A stretch of 64,000 nt of DNA from the human T2T-CHM13v2.0 reference genome, Homo sapiens (GCF_009914755.1 NC_060932.1); one strand, 5' to 3'; positions 41,686-60,092 are shown, counted from the stretch's first letter. Numbers and translations: made by a program. The notes: generated by a model from the sequence alone, not told the origin.

Positions 41686-42068
41686 TTTATCTCTTTCCCT
41701 CACAACTGTCAAAAACAACAAAGTGTGTCCTCTAGCTTGGCTAATACCATGCATGTCTCACCTCTTCAGTCACCTAAGCTGAACTTTGAATCATCCTTGA
41801 TGCATTCAAAAAAACGTTTTTTGAGCACTTACCTTACACCTAGCAGTATTTTAGGCATGGGAGATCTAGGTGTGTAGAAAATATCTGAATAGAATTTAAA
41901 TATTTTTTCATCTCCCCAGCCTCCCACCCAGATAATCATCAAAGTCCTGTTCATTGTACGTGTGTTAGAAATTGAGATTACCGTCTTGCCTTAAATTTGC
42001 CCTATTCTGTTCTTTCCTAGTGTCACCTCCCAAATGTGGAAATGCATTGTCTTTCTTCTTTCCTAGAC

Positions 42069-42525
<457 letters not shown>

Positions 42526-42561
42526 TCATCTCTTCACAAGTAACCTCATCATTTTCTAATC

Positions 42562-42778
42562 CAGGAATCAACAAACCCTGGCCCTTTGAGCCAAATCAAG
42601 CCCACAGGTTGTCTTCATCAATAAAGTTTTATGGGAACACAACCATGCCCATTTGTTTACACATTGTCCATGTCTGCTACGAGGCAGAAATAAGTAGTTG
42701 TGACACAGATCATATGACCCACAAAGCCTAAAATGTTTATGATCTGACCCTTTACAGAAAATAATTTTTTGGACCTCA
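42562..42778. mobile_element. MER58-type hAT relic
   Basis: aataaagttttatgggaacacaaccatgcccatttgtttac...gcctaaaatgtttatgatctgaccctttacagaaaa. Confidence 0.78.
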
Positions 42779-43511
42779 TCTTTACCATGCTACAAAAATG
42801 GTCTTGCCAAAAATACACCCATCCAGTCACCCTCTAACTTAAAAGATGGTTTCTCATTGCCTGCATAGTCAAGTCCCATGTTTTCTATGGTGTGACAACC
42901 CGTCCAACTCTGTTTTACCTATCTCTTTGTCCAATAATTTAACCATCCTTAACTTCTTAGTTTTCTTCAAGCAGTTCAAATCCTCCATGGTTTCCAAGTC
43001 TTCCCACATCTTGTCGCTCTATGTACAATATCCTTCTCTCATTTCTTCACAGGATAAGCAACCACATCACATGAGTTTAATTTTTTTTTCTTAGATCTAC
43101 TCATTTGTCAGTTTAATTTTTGAGATTTCAACTATTCACTCTGTCTCTCACTCAAAGAGACAGGGAGAATGAGGACAATACTGCCTGCCCATTCATTTCA
43201 CATAATGAGTTTATGTTTGTGAATGAACGTGAGATGCGAGACTTTACCCTACCATTCCCTCAGTCCACTCAGACCCCCGGTGCCCGTCCTGTGTTAGTGT
43301 GAGGCTTTCACCACAGAGGGTGTAATCCCAGTGTTGAAGGATAACCGTTTTTCATACAACAGAGCCAATAAACACAAGCCAACTTCTGCATCTGGTGCTC
43401 AAAGAAGCAGCAACAATCTGTTCCAAAGCTGGAGGAAAACTGGCTGTGTGGGGCTTACTGGATACTGAATATCTAGATACTAAATACCTAGGTGCTGTAC
43501 TTTATGGGTGA

Positions 43512-43862
<351 letters not shown>

Positions 43863-44119
43863 AACATCAGCATTTAGAACCTAAACCCTAAATAAAATCT
43901 AACTCACTCTTTAAGCTTTGGCACAAATGTCGTTTCTTATTTGCTCTGATGTGGGTCAGTCTTCCTTCATGCTCCCGTAAGTATCAGAGTTCCTTCAATC
44001 ATTTGCACATATCTGTGTTATAATGTTGAACTGTAATTATTTATTTAATTTTCAGTCTCTCTCCTTTAGGCAGTGAGCTCTCCAAGGACAAAGGCATATT
44101 ATTTGTTTAGCTAGCTTTT

Positions 44120-44415
44120 AGAGATAGGGTCTTGCTAAGTTTCCCAGGCTGGAGTGAAGTGGCTATTCATAGGTGAGATCCCACTATTAATTAGCACAGA
44201 AATTTTGACCTACTTCATTTCTGACCTGGGCCAGTTCACCTCTCCTTAGGCAACCTAGTGGGCCTCACTCCTGGGAGGTCATGATATTGATGCCAGTTTA
44301 GTGTGGACACCCAGTGAGCATAGCTCACTACAGCCCAGAAGTTCTGGGCTCAAGCTGTCCTCCTGCCTCAGCTCCCAAGTATCTGGGACTACAGGTACAT
44401 GCCACCATGTCCAGC
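44120..44415 (-). pseudogene. Full-length 7SL (SRP) RNA retropseudogene (RN7SL-type) inserted in an L2 end
   Basis: Alu-domain ends plus the S domain that Alus lack (gacctgggccagttcacctctccttaggcaacctagtgg; atattgatgcc); TSD acaaag(g/a)catatt at 44088-44100 and 44417-44429. Confidence 0.93.
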
Positions 44416-45032
44416 AACAAAGACATATTTTAGTTATCCTGTGTTTGTGTCTGTCTCAATACCTAGCCTTAGTATAAACATTTAGCAAATGTTTATTGAT
44501 GAAATGGATGAAGTCCCACCTCCCATTTTGGACCACTTGCCCTTCTCAGAAATGATCTATGAACTCTCACTGAATGTTCAGTTAACGTCCATGGTTTATC
44601 ATTTCAATGCATTTTAATTCTTCCAGTATTCATTTTTCTTCTCCACTAGGTTTAAGCATGGTCATAGCAGAATCAATGTGCTCACCCCATCATGAAAAAA
44701 AAAATGTGTTAATGAATTGATTACTACTTTGAGTGTGCCATATTTTAAAGACGAAGAGAAACTAATCAAGTTAGTTTTTATTTGGTCAGAGGCTTGTTTG
44801 TGCCTGCTTATCTAAAGTTATAAAGGCCCCAAATATGGCTCCGTGTTGCAGAGGGACTGTCTCTTCTTATATCGACAGAGCCCATATTCACAATGTATCA
44901 CACTTACCTCGATGTATTGTCTGGAGTTTCCTAGGCTGTGTCCTTTGCCTGGAATGCTCTCTCTTGCTGGCTGGCTTCTTCCCACCAGCTGTGGCCAGGG
45001 CTGCTCCTTATTCCTTCGTCAAAACTCCGTCT

Positions 45033-45178
45033 GCTGGGTGTGGTGCCTCACACCTGTAATCCCAGCACTTTGAGAGGCCAAGGTGGGAGTATCGTTTGAG
45101 CCCAGGAGTTCAAGACAAGCCTGGACAACAGAGCAAGACCCTGTCTCTACCAAAGAAAAGAAAAGAAAAGAAAAGAAA
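45033..45178 (+). mobile_element. Alu left monomer (FLAM) with (GAAAA)n tail
   Basis: gctgggtgtggtgcctcacacctgtaatcccagc...accctgtctctac. Confidence 0.85.
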
Positions 45179-46019
45179 CAGCCACTTTCTCTTCCATGAG
45201 CCAGTTTATGTTTTCTTCACGGCATTTGTTACAAATGTAAGTTAAAAGTCCTAAATACATATTTGTTCAATGAATGTCGAAGTGCTCTGACCTTATATTC
45301 AATTTTCCTATCCAAGGCAAAAACCATTATGGGAAAAATAGTAGAAAATTGGCTACTTAAAAGTTAACCACACTTAAGAAAGTCTAGCATGCAAGGTAGT
45401 GATTATCCTGGAGCATTCAAAAGGCATTTGGGTCTCATTTACGAGGGGTTTTCTGCAGACCTCAGTTTCTTAAATTTTAGTCAATATATTTTTAAAGTAG
45501 GCATAATTTATCACACGCTTTTGCAGCTTTACTCTTTATAACTCTAAGAAACTGTAGAAAATGTTTTCTTTCCCTGTCTCCTACATGTTTGAAGATGAAA
45601 TTGAAAATTCAGCCAATAAAACTGTGCTAAAAAGTTTGACACTAAGAAAAAGAAAGGCCCCTCTCCTGGTGAGTTTCACTGTGAGATGGCTGGAAATGTT
45701 GATTGGTGGATCTGTGTTTGTTCGTTAGTTTGGGGCCTGGACACTGAGAGTTAAGTCCACTTAGAGATGTCAGGGAACCCATACTTTTGGTTAAAAGCCA
45801 AAAGGGAATGTGGGGAGGGAGTTACGGACTGAAATAGGCGGTAGGGTTTTCTCCCTGTGTGTCCCCCTTTCTCTGTCCCTTGTTTGGTTTATGCATAGAT
45901 TTTTGTTGTGTATCCTTCAATCCCTTCCACATTACCCTTCTCTCTTTCACCCTTAAACTGAGATTTAGAACTAAAATGAGAGTTTACGAAGGTACTGGCT
46001 ATAATTATTTTATTTACTA

Positions 46020-46316
46020 TTTATTAATTTTTTTGAGACAGGATTTCTCTCTGTTGCCCAGGCTGGAGTACAGTGGTGCAATCATGGCTCACTGCAACTT
46101 TGAGCTCCCAGGCTCATGCAATTCTGCCACCTGTGCCTCCTGAGTAGCTGGGACGACAGGCACATGCCACCATGCCCAGCTAATCTTTTTACTTTTTGTA
46201 GAAATAGGGTCTCACTATGTTGCCTAGGCCGGCCTTGGACTCCTGGGCTCAAGCAATTCTCATGCCTCAACCTCCCAAAGTGCTAGGATTACAGGTGTGA
46301 ACCACCGCGCCTGGCC
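46020..46316 (-). mobile_element. AluJ
   Basis: Full dimer, TSD tataattat. Confidence 0.9.
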
Positions 46317-46429
46317 TATAATTATGAAAAAAAACCCCACTATTTTCTGATATGATTTTTAATTTATTCCTCTAATATAATATTCTATTACTCAGGTTTA
46401 CTTTAGACAAAAACTACCTCCTTTGCTTA

Positions 46430-47330
46430 CTATTTTTAAATGGTTATTGAAGGAGTCAATAGCCTGCAAATATGTGCATTTCTTTGACCCAGAAACTTTG
46501 CTTCTAGGAATTTGTATTAAGGAAATAATTCAACCAGTAGGTAAAGAACTTGTATAAGCCTGTTTATTCTAGACCTGTTCCATCTTATTGAAAAATTCAT
46601 ACACAACCTAAATGTCCAACAATAATGTTGATTAAATAAATGTAAGTATATCCATACAATTAAATGTTATACAGCTATTAAAATTAATGATGTCAGCAGG
46701 GCACAGTGGCTCACGCCTGTAATCCTAGCACTGCCGAGGCGGGCAGATCAGTTGAGGTCAGGAGTTTGAGACCAGCCTGGCCAACATGATGATGTTGGCT
46801 GGGCGCAGTGGCTCACGCCTGTAATTCCAGCACTGCTGAGGCGGGCAGATCACTTGAGGTCAGGAGTTTGAGACCAGCCTGGCCAACATGGCGAAACCCC
46901 GTCTCTACTAAAAATACAAAAATTAGCCAGGCATGATAGCACATGCTCGTAATCCCAGCTACTCAGGAGGCTGAGGCAAGAGAATTGCTTGAACCCGGGG
47001 GGCAGAGGTTGCAATGAGCCAAGATCACGCCACTGCACTCCAGCCTGGGTGACAGAGACAGACTGTCTCAAAAAATAAAATAAATGATGTAGATATTTAT
47101 TCCCATAAAAGATATTTATGCCATATAGTACAATAATAAAAGTAGTTTGCTAAATGGTATGCATCATATGATCTCTACTTTAAATGAATGTATGTATACA
47201 CACACATAAATTATATAGTGATTACTTCTGGTGATGTGATTATGAGTGAATTTTCTTTTTCGTTCACATGAAATGTCTAATTTTTCTATAATTAGAAAAA
47301 CTGTTACTTCTATAATAAAAATAGTTTACT
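46430..47330 (+). mobile_element. Old L1 (L1ME-type) fragment containing an Alu
   Basis: ctttgacccagaaactttgcttctaggaatttgtattaaggaaataatt...caacctaaatgtccaacaata. Confidence 0.7.
46695..47085 (+). mobile_element. AluS with duplicated 5' end
   Basis: Two copies of the first ~90 bp; TSD aaat(t/a)aatgatgt. Confidence 0.9.
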
Positions 47331-50300
47331 ATAACCAACAAAACTTGGTGCTTATTTTATGTGACAGTCTATGAATTTGAATAGAAAATGGCATCCATTT
47401 GTGTTCTAATTAATGTTGTAATCCTGTTCTTTCACTCTCTTTTCAACTTTTTTGCTTCTCCTCAATTAAAGAAATTCTCGTGTACTGAAGAAACCATTGG
47501 TGAGAAACTTGTCAAGGTCTCTGGAGCTCAAATGTGCCTTAAAATAAAAAGGAGATAAAATGAAAAATTCACTACTCCAGGGATCTGTTCTATAGTGGAA
47601 ACGCTCCTTATACTATGAGGATTTTCTTTCCATCTATTTGATTTTAATGGCTTTTAACTTCGAAATGTCTGAGGAGTAGATGTCTAAGGGTTTTGGTTCA
47701 TTCAATGTGCTCTCCTCACCTGGACATGCAGGGACATGAGTGACTGCGAATGTGGACCTTGTTAAGGCCGTATGCCCATAAGCAAAGGAAATGTGAAATT
47801 GAGAAAACTTTCCAAGGCCTCACAACTTTCCAGGCCTCCCCTGACCTATTTGTATTTTCCAGACACACAACACCTTCCTCTGAATTATCCTCATTATTCC
47901 CAAGTAGCCCTGGATTCCACCTCCTGCCCTTTGTCGATGGCCAAACTAGAGACCTGGCTTGGATAGTGCTAGCAATAAGCTCGCGGTTGGCCACAGCTGG
48001 AGGAAAGCCTTCACTCAGGAGATACATGGACTTCTAATATCTTCTAATATTGCAACCCCAAACGTGAGGTTAAAGGAGCTGAGTGAAGGATCAGGGCCTG
48101 CCAATTGCACGTGCTATTTTTAGCTCCTGTATTTGGTCCAGGTGACCTGGGGGACCACTCGTCCTCTCTGCACATTGGTTTTTCAATTGACAAAATGGAC
48201 AGTGTACTGTTGTAGGCAGGAGAACTTCTTATTTAAAGGCAAAGGAAAGAATGCCATAAGCACAGTAGGCTCAGCAGAGCTAATAATGATGCGGGGGCCC
48301 AGAATTCTTGCCTAGATTTTATCTCTGGCTTGTTGTGTGTCCCTGAGCACTTAGGCTATTTCTGTGGCCTCATGCATAGACAGGTATAATACCCTGTTCT
48401 CTCCACTTTCATTATATGGGCACTGCGAGGATAAAATAGCTAGTTAATGAGATTTAAAATAGGAAGAAAATGTTTTGGAAGCCTTCAAAGTACTTGGAGA
48501 TTTTCAGATTCTGATTAAATAGAAGGTATTGTTAGGAGAAAAATCTGGACAGTTCATATCATGTACGTATTGTTTCCTTGAGTGTTGTATTTATTGGGCA
48601 ATTTTTTTTTCTTTTCAGCACAAATGTGGAGGAAAAATGAAGGCAAAGCAAAATAACAGGCAAGTCTGAAAACAAAAGTGTTGCCAGTCACGCTAAGCCT
48701 CAGGCACGCATTCTGAATGAAGCTAAAGTTTAAAGTCCCCTCTGATAGATTTGTGACTTAAATGTCCACACTAGCAAGTGTGTTTCTCACATGGAGAAGT
48801 AGCACGATTTTATGTCAGGAAAGGGATGAGAACATGCTTCTTGAACACATACAATGCTGAAGACATTTCCTGGAAAACCATTGGCCTTTGCTTAGGACAG
48901 TTGCATCACACAGAGATGTTTGTGGTTCAGATTTATAAGAAACATGGGAACTGAAGCCAAAGCACTACTTTTGCTCAGTATAACCAGGTGCCAGATCTAA
49001 AGTGTTAGGCAGGTTCCTATATGTATGTTAGAAAAAAGTTGCCCAAGTTTTGGACAATTCCTTTTCCATCTCTCTTACAAGTCAACAAATCGAAGCAATA
49101 AACTATTCTCTGAAGAAAACAAATTTATTTGGTTGATTCAAACTTTTAATGAGACTATTACTCCCCTGTGTGCCTTTCCTTTCTCTGGTTCTAGAAATAC
49201 ATCTAGAAAGGGGGAAAATGTTAATATATTTTCTACTGACTTTATATCACAAATGCTTAGCTTAGAGGGTGGACTCTGAGGAACAGTGTCCTTTCCAAAT
49301 ATTATAAAACTTTGTGTTCATTCTGGAAAAACAAACAAAATTAATCACAATGATTTCCTGCTTTGGAGCAATGAGAAATGGGAGGGAAACTTCACCTTTT
49401 CATAGCTTTTGATGTTTGCACCATGTGAATTACCCACCCCCAAATTTAAAATACGAATTTTTGAAAAAGTGTTTACCTCTGAGAAGAGAAACTAGTAGTG
49501 AAGAATGAGGAGCTGTAGATTTTTAACGATTCTGATGTATTTGCATTTTTCCCAATGTTCATGAATAAATAAATGTGCATTCATAATTAAAAAGAATAAA
49601 CAACCTGGAAAAAACAAAAAAAGCTCTGCGTTCACTGATCTCTAAATAAGAAAAGATAAGACTTGTAGTGTGGCCTTGTACTTGTACATCTTTTCCATGT
49701 GCCAAAGAGCTACCCCATGGTCAAGCCAAGTGGTGATTATGTAGCTTTCTCTGAACAGACATAATAGGGCTACACATTCACTGTGAAAAAGCTGCAGACA
49801 GATGACACCAGTCAACAGAACACCCTACACAGAAACTGTAAAACCATTTTAACACTTACTTCAGATATTATTACATGTGACAAAGTATTTGAAAGATCAA
49901 CCAAATAAACTGTTCCCAGGAAACATTTCCAATAGAATGCTTCTTGAATAATGTTGCTTTTCTTAGGTCAGTGGGAATTGAATTAAGACACTGAAACACA
50001 GAGTCAAGATAAGAACCAGTATTTTTAGCCGAATACTTTTATAGAAGCCTCCAGATACTATACTACTTCTCAATCCTTTTTTTCTTTTGCATAGAGAAAA
50101 AACTGAAATAGATTGTCTCCTTTATATGGCAGAGAATCTATATGGGGGTATTACAAATGCAACAAGTTTCCAAATTTGACAGCATATATCTATATAGCCA
50201 ATTATCCATTTGTTCATTCATCACTTATCTTACTATGCACGAGGCTCTGAGATGCTGTGAAGATAGAGAAATGAATAAGACCCAGTTGTAGGAGGGAGTC

Positions 50301-50804
50301 TGATGTGAGCATCAGAGAGCAAGGGTCGTGTGACAAGGAAGGCATGGTACTGTAAAGCACAGGTGTACTCTTGAGGCAGGGAGGAAAGCAACACCTCTTG
50401 AGGAAGGTGGCCATGGAGCTTACAAAGACCAGCTACACCTACTATGTACCCGCAAAAATTAAAAATTAAAAAAAGAGCCATGCATATAAAGCACCTACTA
50501 CACTCCCTGGCACGTAGTAAAGGACTGATAAGTCTTAGCTGTCATATAGAATGTAGTAGAAGAATGCCTGCGGTATTTTGGGAGCCTCTTGCAAGAATAT
50601 GTAATTCAGTCTGAAAGTGGGAGAGAGAAAAAGACGAAGTAAATCCTAAGAAGATGTTCTTCAGGAGCTAATTGATCATTCTTAGAACTGTATTAAGTTC
50701 ATAAACAATGAATTGATGACTTTAACTCAAAGGAAGGTTGGATTTTCTCCTGAGCTTGAGTTCAAGCAGGGATACTTCACCTATTACACTAGGAACAAAA
50801 AGGC

Positions 50805-51018
50805 CACGGCGTCCCATCCTTGGCCTGTAGCATTTTAGACTGGGTAATTCTTTGCTGTGGAGGGTTGTGCTGTGCATTGTAGGATGTTTGGCAGCCTTCC
50901 TGGTCTCTACCCACTAGAGATGCCAGAAACAGTTCCCTGGTTGTGACAACCAAAAATGTCTCTAGATATTGCCAAATGTCCCCTGGAGGTAAAAATCTCC
51001 CCCAGTGAAGAATCACTG
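50805..51018 (+). mobile_element. MER20 hAT relic
   Basis: tgtgcattgtaggatgtttggcagc...gttgtgacaaccaaaaatgtctctagatattgccaaatgtccc. Confidence 0.88.
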
Positions 51019-51549
51019 CCTAAGACCAAGACCATTTCGTTAAGTATTTATAATATTTAGTTAGCTATTAAGCTGCAGATGGAAAATTAAGGTTCATAGA
51101 GAACCAACTTAAATATTTTCCTCTTATTTCTATGACTGCTAAATGTATCGTGATGAAAACTATCAAATGAACATGTCTGAAGACTAGCGTATTCTCATTT
51201 TCTACTTGCCAGTCATAACAGGGTCTGAGACATGCTCCAGGAAAATGGCTCAAATTTGACGTGGGCAACACTTATTTATGGAAGTGAGAACTTATCCTAG
51301 TTTCTAAATGCTTTTATCAAAGCATTAATAAAATAATAATACTTAAATATTATTAAGTATTTTATGAAGTTAAGCCTTTTTTGCAGAAACTAGATTATAG
51401 TATTTTAGACCATCAAGGTCACCATGACTTCCATATTCAATGTTGCCGACTAGTTCCCTGAGAACTCTCCCTGGCCTGTTGGCAGAAGGTCCTGGAGTAG
51501 AGACCCCTGCCTTTCATCATTGTCCTCTGCCCTTGATGAAAAACTGCAA

Positions 51550-51903
<354 letters not shown>

Positions 51904-52086
51904 TTATCTGCAAAGGTAATTCCATCCTGCCTTTTGTGGTCCTTCTAACTGCTTAAGCAAACATATGTAGTAAACCATGATTAACTGGAACTTACTATGT
52001 AACGAAAGAAGTTTAAAAAAGAAAAATTATTTTGTTTTTAAAAGAAAAAAGGAAATCAGAGAAAGCATGCTTATATTTAAAATTTA

Positions 52087-52392
<306 letters not shown>

Positions 52393-52802
52393 TAATATTT
52401 TTTAAAAATAAAACTTTCAATACAAGAGCTAGATAAAAAATAATCAATCAAGGATATCCTTAATCACAATTTGTTGATGATACAGTTGTTGTTGTTGCCA
52501 TTACATAAAGGATTAAAGTGTTTTTCTCTTTAGATGGTTTATACCATTTTTACTTCCAAAATGAGCTTGAGGTTTTTTTTAAAAAAAAAAACAAACATAT
52601 ATGCATATACAAAGATGTTTATGTAGAAATGGCCCGCTTCCTTTTCTATAAGCACAAATTAGAGCATACTCTTCACATTGTTCAACAGATTATACTTTTT
52701 TACTTAACAATATATTGTGGAGGCAATGCTGTATCAATTCATAATGCTGGAATTCAGTCTTCTAAACAGTTGTATAGTATTCCATTGGATAAATGTACCA
52801 TG

Positions 52803-54600
<1,798 letters not shown>

Positions 54601-54603
54601 TTT

Positions 54604-54940
<337 letters not shown>

Positions 54941-55107
54941 TGATTTATTAAACTATGTCCTTATTGATAAAAATGTAGGTGTTTCAAGCATTTTGTTACT
55001 AAAAATGCTGTAATGAATATCACTATTCATTTGGTTTTTATGAATCTTAACATAAATTTTTGGAAACACTTGTAGGTCAAAGGACATTTGGAGTTAACTT
55101 TTTTTAC

Positions 55108-55421
<314 letters not shown>

Positions 55422-55946
55422 TAAAATTTTTGAATGTTAACAAATTGTTCCTCACAGAGACTGTGCTAATGTATTTTCTCACACTGTAAGAGAGTGATTG
55501 TTTCCCCATATCTGTGCTAATATTATGGACTACAAAGTTTTCTGATGGGTTAAAAATGACGCATTGTTTTAAAATTTTGTGTTTCTTTGATTACAACTGA
55601 ATATGAGTATATTGTTGTGTTTACACAAATATGTGTTTCTCTGTGAACAATTGTTTCAAGTCTTGCCAAGTCTTTTCTTCTTTCTTTCCTTCTTCCTTTC
55701 TCCTTCCCTGATCTTCTCCTTCCTTTCTTGCTTTTTTCATTGCCTTTCTGTCTCTGTTTTTGTCTGTCCTTCCTAAGCACTCTTGGAAATTAGCTCCTTT
55801 TCTATCATACTTGCTAATATTTTTTTCTGAGTTTGTCTTTGCTTTTCAACTTTGTTTATGGTAATTTTTCATGTAGAAATGTTTAATTTACATAGCCAAA
55901 TGTATTTTTTTCCTTATGTCTTTTGTCCCATACTTAGAAAGGCCTT

Positions 55947-56100
55947 GGTCGGGCACAGTGGCTCATACCTGTAATCCTAGCACTTTGGGAGGATCGCTTG
56001 AGCCAAGGAGGTCAAGGCTGCAGTGTGCTGTGATTGTGCCACCGCACACCAGTCTAGGTGACCGAGCAAGACTCCGTCTCAAGAAAAAAGAAAAAAAAGA
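55947..56100 (+). mobile_element. Internally deleted Alu (left/right arm fusion)
   Basis: cactttgggagg|atcgcttgagcc; TSD agaaaggcct. Confidence 0.82.
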
Positions 56101-56445
56101 AAGGCCTCTCTTAATTTAAGACTATAAACAAAAAAAAAAAATCTTCCATGTTTTCTTCTAGTACTTTTATGGTTTTACATTTATCTTTAAATCTTTGAGC
56201 TATCTGGATTTTATTGTTTAATTAGGAGTGCAGTAGGAATTGAAACTTGATTTTTTTTCCCATATAGCTTGCCAAGTGTCTCAACACCATTTATTTTCCT
56301 TCTGAATTGGAACTAGCCTTTATCTTAGACAAAATATTAATATTCAAGACTATTTCTGAAGTCTCTATGTTCTTTTTTATTTATCTCTATCTCTTCATAC
56401 ACCAGTACCGAATTGTTCATAATGGCTTAATATATGCCATGTGGC

Positions 56446-56750
56446 TTTTTTTTTTTTTTTTTTTTTTTGAGACAGAGTCTCTCTGTGTCTCCCAGGCTAG
56501 AATGCAGGCATGATCTCAGCTCTCTGCACCTCTGCCTCCTGGGTTCAAGCAATTCTCATGCCCCAGTCTCCTGAGTAGCTGGGATTACCGGCATGCACCA
56601 CCACATCGGACTAATTTTTGTATTTTTAGTGGAGATGGGTTTTCACCATGTTGGCTAGGCTGGTGTCAAACTCTTAGCCTCAAGTGATCTGCCCACCTTG
56701 GCCTCCCAAAGTGCTGAGATTACAGGTGTGAACCACCACACTCAACTGGC
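56446..56750 (-). mobile_element. AluS
   Basis: Poly-T and full dimer. Confidence 0.9.
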
Positions 56751-57729
56751 TATGTTTATTAGTATTTTATTTTTACCTATTTGTCAATGTCTGTCTTCCT
56801 AACTGTATGTGATTTTATTCCTAATCCTTCAGGTATAATAATAAAGGTATAAGTCATTAGGAGACATTCTTTTTTATAGTAAGAAAATCTTGACATTCAT
56901 ACTACCTTTGGAAATCTCAAGCTCAAGCGATTGAAATGCCCAGCTGATTTTTGTTATCTTTCAAACTCTGGACCTTACCTTAATTCTTAACGCCCAGTTT
57001 ATCCTTGCTTATCATCGCATATCTTACCTCAAAAACTTGAAACAAAAATCAGTTTACTGACTACAATGGGGATGAGAGGAGCTTTGACAGGAGGGTCCAG
57101 GTAGTGGGTATTGTAAGACTAAAGCCACATGGGATATGCCACCATGGGGGCTGCAGCTGTGAAGCGCTGGGAGCCAAGTGGGCATGGGATTGGCTCAGGA
57201 CCCCACGGTTTGGCTTATCAATTAAGAGGAGCACAGGAACAAGACTATCAGGTAAGGCTAAGGATTGTTTGATTGTATCAGAAGAAAAACCTCAGACCTG
57301 ACAAACAGGATTCTGTACCCAATTCAAACTCAACAGAGCAAGGAGTACCAGGCCCTCAGGCAAGTCCCAGACTTAAGTTAATTAAAAAATCCAAGGCACT
57401 CTCAAGGAAAGGAAAGGCTAGATATCTTTCAAGAAGGCTGCTATAAAACCACAGCAGTATGTCACGAATCTTCCCTTAGTCTTTCCAAAAAAGACCTACT
57501 CAGGAACATTTTCCACTGGTCTCATGAGTTAGAGAGGTCCCTGTAGATCAGGGTACTGTGTGGAGCCCACAGGAAGTGTGGGATATGAGGATAATCGTGG
57601 GGGTTTTGGAGTAAGTCGATGCCCCTTTTCAATCACACCTATGTCCATATGAGACAGCTTCTGACTTGCTATTGTGCTCACAAGTTGCTCAGGGCAGAAG
57701 GTGATCTGCCAGGGGTCACAGTTGAGTGT

Positions 57730-57970
57730 GCTAACATCAAATGGATTCCAGATTTGCCACTTCTGAGCTTATTACCATGGGCGGGTACTTGATTCCTCTA
57801 AGCATCAGTGGTTTTTTTTTGTCCATCGGTCTTACAATACTCCATAGGTTTACCTCCTAGGATTGTTGTGAAAATTAAATGAACAAAGACATGTTATAAG
57901 CTTTAAACCTGAACTGGCACATAGTAAGCTCTGTAAATGTTAAGAGTTGTTATTGTTATTATCATTATTA
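57730..57970 (+). mobile_element. MIR
   Basis: ctcctaggattgttgtgaaaattaaatga...tggcacatagtaagctctgtaaatgttaag. Confidence 0.7.
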
Positions 57971-58210
57971 CCGCCACCATCTTGTTTGAAGAATCAGATT
58001 CCATGGGTTACAAGTGAAAAATAGCTTTCTTTCCCCTACTCAGTAGGGCTAGCCTTTTTCTGTCCCTGGGATGAAATCTAAGGTAGTCCTAGGACTACTC
58101 CAGTTACTTTACTATCTCTATCACATGTAACTGCAAAACAGTCCCATTTCAGTAATTGAAATGCCTAGTCCTATGTAAAAATCTCAATTTGAGCTTCATT
58201 TTCTCTTTCC

Positions 58211-58885
58211 CTGACGTCAGCACTGATTGATTACATAAATCTGCAAAGAGAAAAGGGCTGGGTTCTGGTTGTCTTCTTCTCTTTCAAACCTATGTTTTCC
58301 CTAATCCCAAACCCCCATTCTCCCACCCCAACCCCCAACCAGAGCAGCCGACCCCTCTGGGATTTTTGTTTCATTTTTTTAGAGACTGTGTCTCTTTCCC
58401 CAGGCTGGAGAGCAGCAGCGTGATCATAGCTTACTGCAGCCTTGACCTCCTGGGCTGAAGCGATCCTCACACCTCAGCCTCCCGAGTAGCTAGGATTACA
58501 GCAAGTGACACTGCTCCCGGCTATTATTTATTTATTTTTAGAGATGAGGTCTTGCTATGTTGCCCAATCTGGTCTCAAACTCTTGGCCTCAAGTGATCTT
58601 CTTTCCTTAGCCTCCAGAGTAGGTGAGACTACAGGCACAAGCCACCATGCTCCATCAGTGATTTTTCTTGACTGACGCTGTGGCTGGAGTTCTCTGGGGC
58701 TGACAGATGATCAAGTTGACTCTTTCTTACATGCGATGTTTCTGTTGGCTCTTTGGAGACCCCTACTTGGGAACATACTAGCAGCACCCAACACAGGAAT
58801 GGCTGTCTTGGGGCTGGTCACTTACAAGCTTCAGTGACCTCCCACCCCCTATTTTCTGATTAAGGTCCCATGTCACTGACGTCAG
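58211..58885. promoter_or_regulatory. Two full CRE palindromes (CTGACGTCAG at 58211-58220 and 58876-58885)
   Basis: Motif match only; no functional data. Confidence 0.4.
58373..58636 (-). mobile_element. AluJ
   Basis: Reverse-strand dimer. Confidence 0.88.
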
Positions 58886-59399
58886 GTCCCTTGTAAAATG
58901 ACTCCCAGGCTTGCCCTATCCCATGTGAGTATGCTGCCCAGGGAAATCGCGTACTTCTGCCCTGCCATCTCTGGCAGGTCAACTTGCTCCTATGAAAGCA
59001 GCTGTCCTTGCTCTAGCCACAGGTTGGAAGTCCTAGTTCTTTAGATTTTGCAGAATCAAACGGCAGGCACAAGATACTAGACCCTTGAGTCCCGAACTCC
59101 AGGAGACACAGGGTGAGCTTTCTAAGTCTCTCCTTATTGCCCTCTCACTTGATTTGTAGTCAGGGAACTACTCTCCTCTTTTCATTTACTATGCCCTTTC
59201 CCCAAAATACTCCCCTTCCTGGGTATTTTAACCTCAGGCTCAAAGCTGGTTCTTAATCACCTCCTTTGCAAGTCTTGCAGAAGTCAGTTAGCATCACACT
59301 TTGGAATGTGGAAATTCTAGCTAGTATTATTTTCTTCCCAGCTGAAACTTAGACAGAAAGAGTCCCTTTTAAACACCCTGTTATATTGTGAGAGTCATC

Positions 59400-60092
<693 letters not shown>

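Noticed and set aside
51307-51361. Two adjacent short hairpins (aatgcttt/aaagcatt; aatacttaa/ttaagtatt)
   Set aside because: 8-9 bp stems in very AT-rich sequence are expected by chance
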